Shown here: piece by piece, positions 6,441 through 10,638 of the stretch
Layout: every line of letters begins with the position of its first letter
Position numbering within the stretch: position 1 is the first letter of the stretch
Source: Candidatus Bipolaricaulota bacterium
GTDB lineage: Bacteria; Bipolaricaulota; Bipolaricaulia; UBA7950; UBA9294
DNA: 10,638 nt
NCBI GenBank assembly: GCA_040752575.1
Contig: JBFMGK010000045.1
Location: 1 to 10,638, forward strand
Direction: 5' to 3'
Position numbers and translations under genes: made by a program
Notes under the pieces: model-generated
Database searches by the model: none
The model's input: the letters and a program-made list of their open reading frames with translations, nothing else
Told to the model about the DNA's origin: nothing

Positions 6441-7193
6441 CTACGCCGTGGCGTCGCGCGCCACGGCCGAGAAGAAAACCTCTTCCAGATCTCGACTCCC
6501 GTACTCCGCAGACAGCTCGTCGCGGGTTCCCGTAGCGTGCACGCGTCCCTTGAAAAGGATGGTCACACGGTCGCACAGCTTCTCGGCGAGGCGCATGACG
6601 TGCGTCGAAAGGAGAATGGTACGTCGCTGCTCGCGGAAGAGCGCCACCGTCTGTTCGACGCTTCGCGCCGCCATGATGTCGAGCCCGAAGGTGGGCTCGT
6701 CGAGGATCAGGACCGGAGGGTCGTGGAGGATGCTCCGCGCCAGGGACAGCTTCTGCTTTTCGCCCGTCGAGAACGTTCCCACGCGCCGATCGGCGAGCGG
6801 CGCCATCGACAAAAGGTCGAACACCTCGTCGATCCTCCGGTTGACAGCGATCGGCGACAACCCGCTGATCCGTCCGAAAAACCGCAGCGTCTCGCGCGCC
6901 GTGAATCGATCGTACAACCCCGTCTCGGTCGCCAGGAAGCCGATGCACTCGCGAACCTTGTCGGGAGCCGTGCGCGCGTCGTGTCCAGCGATCGTCACGT
7001 GGCCTTCCGTCGGCGTCAGAATCGTCGCCAGCATGCGCAACGTCGTCGTCTTGCCCGCGCCGTTCGGTCCCAAGAGGCCGAAGACCTCGCCGGCACGGCA
7101 CTCAAACGAGACACCGTCGACGGCGCGTATGGGACCGCGGCGCGACGCAAAGACCTTCGTCAATCCGCTCGCCACGACCAGAGGCTCGCTCAT
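6441..7193 (-). CDS. natA: ABC transporter ATP-binding protein, NatA-like
   Basis: Start reassigned to ATG 7193 (ATGA overlap with serS stop), 250 aa. Walker A GPNGAGKTT, signature FSTGEKQK, Walker B ILDEPT, H-loop LSTH; GLYDRFTARE and RAVDGVSF typical of NatA/DrrA-like exporters. Confidence 0.9.
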   Translation of the reverse strand: MSEPLVVASGLTKVFASRRGPIRAVDGVSFECRAGEVFGLLGPNGAGKTTTLRMLATILTPTEGHVTIAGHDARTAPDKVRECIGFLATETGLYDRFTARETLRFFGRISGLSPIAVNRRIDEVFDLLSMAPLADRRVGTFSTGEKQKLSLARSILHDPPVLILDEPTFGLDIMAARSVEQTVALFREQRRTILLSTHVMRLAEKLCDRVTILFKGRVHATGTRDELSAEYGSRDLEEVFFSAVARDATA

Positions 7194-8449
7194 AGCCGGC
7201 CGAACCCGACGATCGGCTGCAGGACGGCGGGGACTTCGATCGAGCCGTCCGGCGCCTGGTTGTTCTCGAGAATCGCCGCCATCAGGCGCGACGTCGCCAG
7301 TCCGGACCCATTCAGCGTGTGGACAAACACCGGTTTCTCCTTGGGTCCGGGACGGTAGCGGATGTTGCCGCGCCGCGCCTGGAACGCCTCGCAATTCGAG
7401 CACGACGAAACTTCGTAGTAGCGCCCCTGTCCAGGCAGGTATACCTCGAGGTCGACCGTCTTCGTCGCTTGCTGCGCCATGTCCTGGGTCGTGAGCAGGG
7501 CGACGCGGTAGTGAACGCCGAGCGCCTGAAGCACCGACTCCGCATCGGCAATCAGCGCATCGAGTTCGTCGTAGGACGTTTCCGGAGCCGTGAACTTGAA
7601 CAGCTCGACCTTGTTGAACTGGTGGATGCGGATCAGTCCGCGCTCCTCCTCTCCGTAGCTGCCGGCCTCACGCCGGAAGCACGGGGTGAACGCGACGTAC
7701 TTCTTCGGGAGGTCCTCCGCGGAGAGGATCTCCTTGCGATGTAGGTTGACCAGAAGGCTCTCCGCCGTCGGGTTCAAGTAGAGCCCGTCTCGTTCGATCT
7801 GGTACACGTCGTCCGCGAACTTCGGAAGCTGCGAAGAGACGTAGAAGCTCTCCGCATTGGCGACGAACGGCGGGTAGATCGGCGTGTAGCCGCGTCGTGC
7901 GTGGTGGAACAGCATGAACTGGATCAAGGCGATCTCGAGCAGCGCTCCCTTTCCCACGTACATCGGGAACTTCGCTCCGGCAATCGTTGCCGCACGCCGG
8001 AAGTCGAGCAGCCCCTTCTCCTCCGCCACGTCGAGGTGGTGCCGGACGGCGAAGCCGGGCTCCGGCCGCGAGCCCGAGCTGCGGAGGATGACTTTCGCGT
8101 CTTTCTCGCCCACGGGCACCGACGCATGGGGCACATTCGGCAGCCTACTGACGAGGTCCTCGATCCTCTGCTCGGCCTCGCGCAGCGCGTCGTCGAGCGA
8201 CGAAGCTCGCGTCGCGATCTCGCCGAGCCGAGACAGAAGCTCCTCGGCGCTCTCGCCCGCCTTCTTCCGACGGGCCACCTCGGCCGTGCCACGGTTCTTC
8301 TCGGCCTTCAGCTCTTCGACCTCGGCGATCAGCGTCCTACGACGCTCGTCGAGGTCGAACAACGGCCGCAGATCGATGGACGGGTCGCGCGTCCTGAGAC
8401 GCGCCTCGAACTCGTCCGGATGTTCGCGCAACTCCCGAATGTCCAGCAT
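7190..8449 (-). CDS. serS: Seryl-tRNA synthetase (bacterial type)
   Basis: 419 aa. MLDI start, coiled-coil arm, LPNVPH, PTAE, motif 2 FTPCFRREAGSYG...GLIRIHQFNKVE, EVSSCSNC..FQARR, motif 3 HTLNGSGLA..R..AAILENNQ. SD GGAGG upstream. Confidence 0.98.
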   Translation of the reverse strand: MLDIRELREHPDEFEARLRTRDPSIDLRPLFDLDERRRTLIAEVEELKAEKNRGTAEVARRKKAGESAEELLSRLGEIATRASSLDDALREAEQRIEDLVSRLPNVPHASVPVGEKDAKVILRSSGSRPEPGFAVRHHLDVAEEKGLLDFRRAATIAGAKFPMYVGKGALLEIALIQFMLFHHARRGYTPIYPPFVANAESFYVSSQLPKFADDVYQIERDGLYLNPTAESLLVNLHRKEILSAEDLPKKYVAFTPCFRREAGSYGEEERGLIRIHQFNKVELFKFTAPETSYDELDALIADAESVLQALGVHYRVALLTTQDMAQQATKTVDLEVYLPGQGRYYEVSSCSNCEAFQARRGNIRYRPGPKEKPVFVHTLNGSGLATSRLMAAILENNQAPDGSIEVPAVLQPIVGFGRL

Positions 8450-8476
8450 CGTCGTATCCTCCGTGTCCAGAGCGCG

Positions 8477-8505
8477 ATTCTAGAAGACCCGCAGCGCAAC
8501 GACAA
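8477..8505 (-). promoter_or_regulatory. Sigma70-type promoter of serS
   Basis: Minus strand TTGTCG (8505-8500), 17 nt, TAGAAT (8482-8477), then a short leader with GGAGG. Confidence 0.75.
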
Positions 8506-8536
8506 ACCTCGCCGAGGCTTCTTCGATCCACGGCGG

Positions 8537-8565
8537 TTTCGCGGTTCGGCGCAGCGCAGTATAAT
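8537..8565 (+). promoter_or_regulatory. Sigma70-type promoter of rnz
   Basis: Perfect TATAAT at 8560-8565 with weak -35 TTTCGC (8537-8542) at 17-nt spacing; SD GGAGGGG 8593-8599. Confidence 0.7.
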
Positions 8566-8602
8566 CCCGCCCTCGCCGCAAGCGCGCGCTCCGGAGGGGC
8601 AA

Positions 8603-9451
8603 ATGCGACTCCTGATGTACTCGAAGGCTCTCTACTCCAGCTGGCTGTTCTACAGCCCCGACCGTCTCCTGTTCGACGCTGGCGAGGGGGCAAGCTCCGT
8701 GCTCGGCAACAAAGCGTTCGCCATTGAGCGCGTGCTCATCTCCCACGGCCACGCCGACCACATCGCCGGGCTCGTCGGTCTCGTGAACATACGGAACAAC
8801 GCGATGGGCGACAAGGAGAAGGGGCTCACCATCTACTACCCGCGCGACAACGTCCTCGTCCTCGAGCTCATGGCGTTCCTCGCCAGGACGAACCGACGCC
8901 TGAGCTACCCGCTCGACTGGGTTCCCTTGGTCGCCGGCGAGAGGGTTCCCCTGTGCGGCGGAAGCGCGCCGCGGTTCATCGAGGCGTTTCCGACCATCCA
9001 CGTGCACAACGAGAGGTCGCTCGGCTACAACATCCTCGAGGCTCGGCATCGCCTCAAGCCGGATCTCGTGGGGCTCTCGCAACAGGAGATCGTCGAACGC
9101 GTTCGCGCCGACGGCCGCGAAGCCGTCAGCGAGGTCTACGAGCAGAAGCTGTTCTCGTACGGCGGCGACTCGGTGCCGCTCAAGCCGGCTCACATCGCGG
9201 ACACCGAGGTTCTCTGCCACGACACGACCTTCCTCGACGAAGAGGACCGCAAGGAGTACAAGCACGCGACGCTCGGCGAGGCGATCCGTGTGGCTCAGGA
9301 GGCGCGGGTCAAGCGAGAGCTTCTGTGCTTCCATATCTCCAGTCGCTACAAGGCCGCGGTGAAACAGATGACGGAACGTGGGGATGCGTTTGCCGGTCTC
9401 CCGTTCCGCGTCACGCTCGTGCCCCCGGGCCGCGTCTTCGTCGCGGAGTAG
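8603..9451 (+). CDS. rnz: Ribonuclease Z (tRNase Z), Thermotoga (TM)-type metallo-beta-lactamase
   Basis: Start reassigned to ATG 8603 behind an SD, 282 aa. YSKALYSSWLFYSPDRLLFDAGEG, SHGHADHIAG (HxHxDH), NIRNNAMGDKEK, short arm RLKPDLVGLSQQEI, GGDS, HDTTFL, H..L.EA, FHISSRY. Closely parallels T. maritima tRNase Z as I recall it. Confidence 0.9.
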   Translation: MRLLMYSKALYSSWLFYSPDRLLFDAGEGASSVLGNKAFAIERVLISHGHADHIAGLVGLVNIRNNAMGDKEKGLTIYYPRDNVLVLELMAFLARTNRRLSYPLDWVPLVAGERVPLCGGSAPRFIEAFPTIHVHNERSLGYNILEARHRLKPDLVGLSQQEIVERVRADGREAVSEVYEQKLFSYGGDSVPLKPAHIADTEVLCHDTTFLDEEDRKEYKHATLGEAIRVAQEARVKRELLCFHISSRYKAAVKQMTERGDAFAGLPFRVTLVPPGRVFVAE

Positions 9452-9498
9452 GCGCGGCCGAGGTCGGTTCGCCCTGTGAGGCCGAAGGCGACGTTCGG

Positions 9499-9504
9499 TA
9501 CCAT
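9499..9504 (+). promoter_or_regulatory. Possible -10 element upstream of the aminotransferase
   Basis: TACCAT (TAnnnT) 28 nt upstream of ATG 9533; no clear -35; SD GAGGAGG at 9522-9528. Confidence 0.35.
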
Positions 9505-9532
9505 TTCTCGCCCGCGGGCACGAGGAGGATCC

Positions 9533-10638
9533 ATGACCGAACGCAAGTACGCGCGCATCCAGACCGCTCTTCCCGGTCCCCAGTCGGCTGCCGTTCTCGA
9601 ACGGAAGCGCCAGTTCGTGGCGGCTCCTTTGGAGACCTATGCCCCATTCGTTGTCCGAACGAGTGAGGGTGCAATCCTCGAGGATCTTGATGGAAACCGT
9701 TTCATCGACTTCACGGGCGGATGGGGATGCCTCGCGGTCGGACAGCGCAATCGGCGCGTCGTCGATGCCCTCGCCGACCAACTCGAAGGCTTCCTGCACA
9801 CGGACTTCACCGCTGTTCCCTACGCGCCGCTCGTCGACCTCGCCGAGGCCCTCAGTCGGCGGACGCCGCTGCGGAGCCCGGCCAAAGCCGCATTCTTCAA
9901 CAGCGGCGCCGAGGCGATTGAGAACGCCGTGAAGATCGCGCGGGCGGCGACGAGGCGCAAGGCCATCCTCGTCTTCGAGAACGCCTTTCACGGCCGCACG
10001 CTGCTCGCGATGACCATGACGCACAAGGCACGCCCCTACAAGACGGGCTTCGGCCCGTTCGCGTCGGACGTCTACCGTCTGCCGTACCCCTACGAGTACC
10101 GAAAGTCGCTGTCCGCCGCCGAGATCGAAACCGCTCTCCTCTCCCTCGTCGACCCGTCGGAAGTCGCGGCGATGGTCGTCGAGCCGGTGATCGGCGAAGG
10201 CGGGTTCCTCGTTCCGCCGCCGTGGTTTCTCCCGTCGCTGCGCGACCTCGCCGATCGCTACGGCTTCGCGCTCGTGTTCGACGAGGTCCAAAGCGGCGTC
10301 GGGCGTACGGGTACGTTCTACGCCTACGAACAGCTGGGTGCGCAGCCCGACTTGGTCTGCGTCGCGAAGTCGCTCGCCTCGGGGCTCCCCTTGTCCGCAG
10401 TCGTCGGGCGCGCTGAACTCATGGACGCGCCGATCGCCAGTGCCATCGGCGGCACGTACGCCGGGAATCCGCTGGCATGCCGAGCAGCCCTCGAAGTCCT
10501 ACGCGCGCTAGATGAGGACGGCCTGCTCGAGCGCGCTCGCCACGTCGGCGCGAGGATCCGCGCCGGGTTCGAGTCGCTCGCCGGACGCTATCCCGTCATC
10601 GGAGATGTCCGCGGGCTCGGCGCGATGGTCGCGATCGA
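9533..10638 (+). CDS. gabT: Class III PLP-dependent aminotransferase, 4-aminobutyrate aminotransferase-like (3' end outside window)
   Basis: Manual translation: MTERKYARIQTALPGPQS...DLDGNRFIDFTGG...FLHT.F...FFNSGAEAIENAVKIAR...AFHGRTLLAMTMT.K..PYK.GFGP...EPVIGEGGF...FDEVQSGVGRTG...AKSLASGLPLS...GGTYAGNP...GDVRGLGAM. Open to the window end, so absent from the ORF track. Exact substrate uncertain. Confidence 0.88.
   Translation, partial: MTERKYARIQTALPGPQSAAVLERKRQFVAAPLETYAPFVVRTSEGAILEDLDGNRFIDFTGGWGCLAVGQRNRRVVDALADQLEGFLHTDFTAVPYAPLVDLAEALSRRTPLRSPAKAAFFNSGAEAIENAVKIARAATRRKAILVFENAFHGRTLLAMTMTHKARPYKTGFGPFASDVYRLPYPYEYRKSLSAAEIETALLSLVDPSEVAAMVVEPVIGEGGFLVPPPWFLPSLRDLADRYGFALVFDEVQSGVGRTGTFYAYEQLGAQPDLVCVAKSLASGLPLSAVVGRAELMDAPIASAIGGTYAGNPLACRAALEVLRALDEDGLLERARHVGARIRAGFESLAGRYPVIGDVRGLGAMVAI

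Noticed and set aside
7194..7403. N-terminal extension of the ABC ATPase in the ORF track
   Set aside because: Overlaps serS out of frame; the ATGA overlap at 7190-7193 gives a normal-length ATPase.
8450..8520. T-box leader for serS
   Set aside because: The predicted leader is only about 20 nt and no T-box consensus is present.
7901..8602. Apparent 234-aa N-terminal extension of tRNase Z (516-aa ORF)
   Set aside because: The extension is antisense to serS; promoter, SD and family N-terminus all point to ATG 8603.
8480..10291. 603-aa minus-strand ORF
   Set aside because: Antisense shadow of rnz and gabT, which share a reading frame; no recognisable motifs.

Overview
GC-rich bacterial chromosomal window, densely coding, with no mobile element, CRISPR array, rRNA or canonical tRNA. 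Left to right: (-) a large secreted protein of more than 880 aa that runs off the left edge and is missing from the ORF track, with four degenerate ~140-185-aa acidic repeats followed by PKD domains; (+) smpB, apparently on a leaderless mRNA; a convergent (-) run of serS, natA-like ABC ATPase, secreted NosD/CASH + Ig-like protein and natB-like ABC-2 permease; then, divergently, (+) a Thermotoga-type tRNase Z and a class III aminotransferase (GabT-like, truncated by the right edge). The best leads are the NosD-like surface protein placed inside a NatAB-like ABC-2 transporter locus (a NosDFY-like three-part layout with no nos genes in view), the unrecognised four-fold repeat module in the PKD protein, the leaderless smpB, and the TM-type tRNase Z with an Asp in its HEAT motif. 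The gene styles suggest to me a deep-branching lineage such as Bipolaricaulota, but that is an unverified guess. All family assignments come from motif recognition, not database searches.
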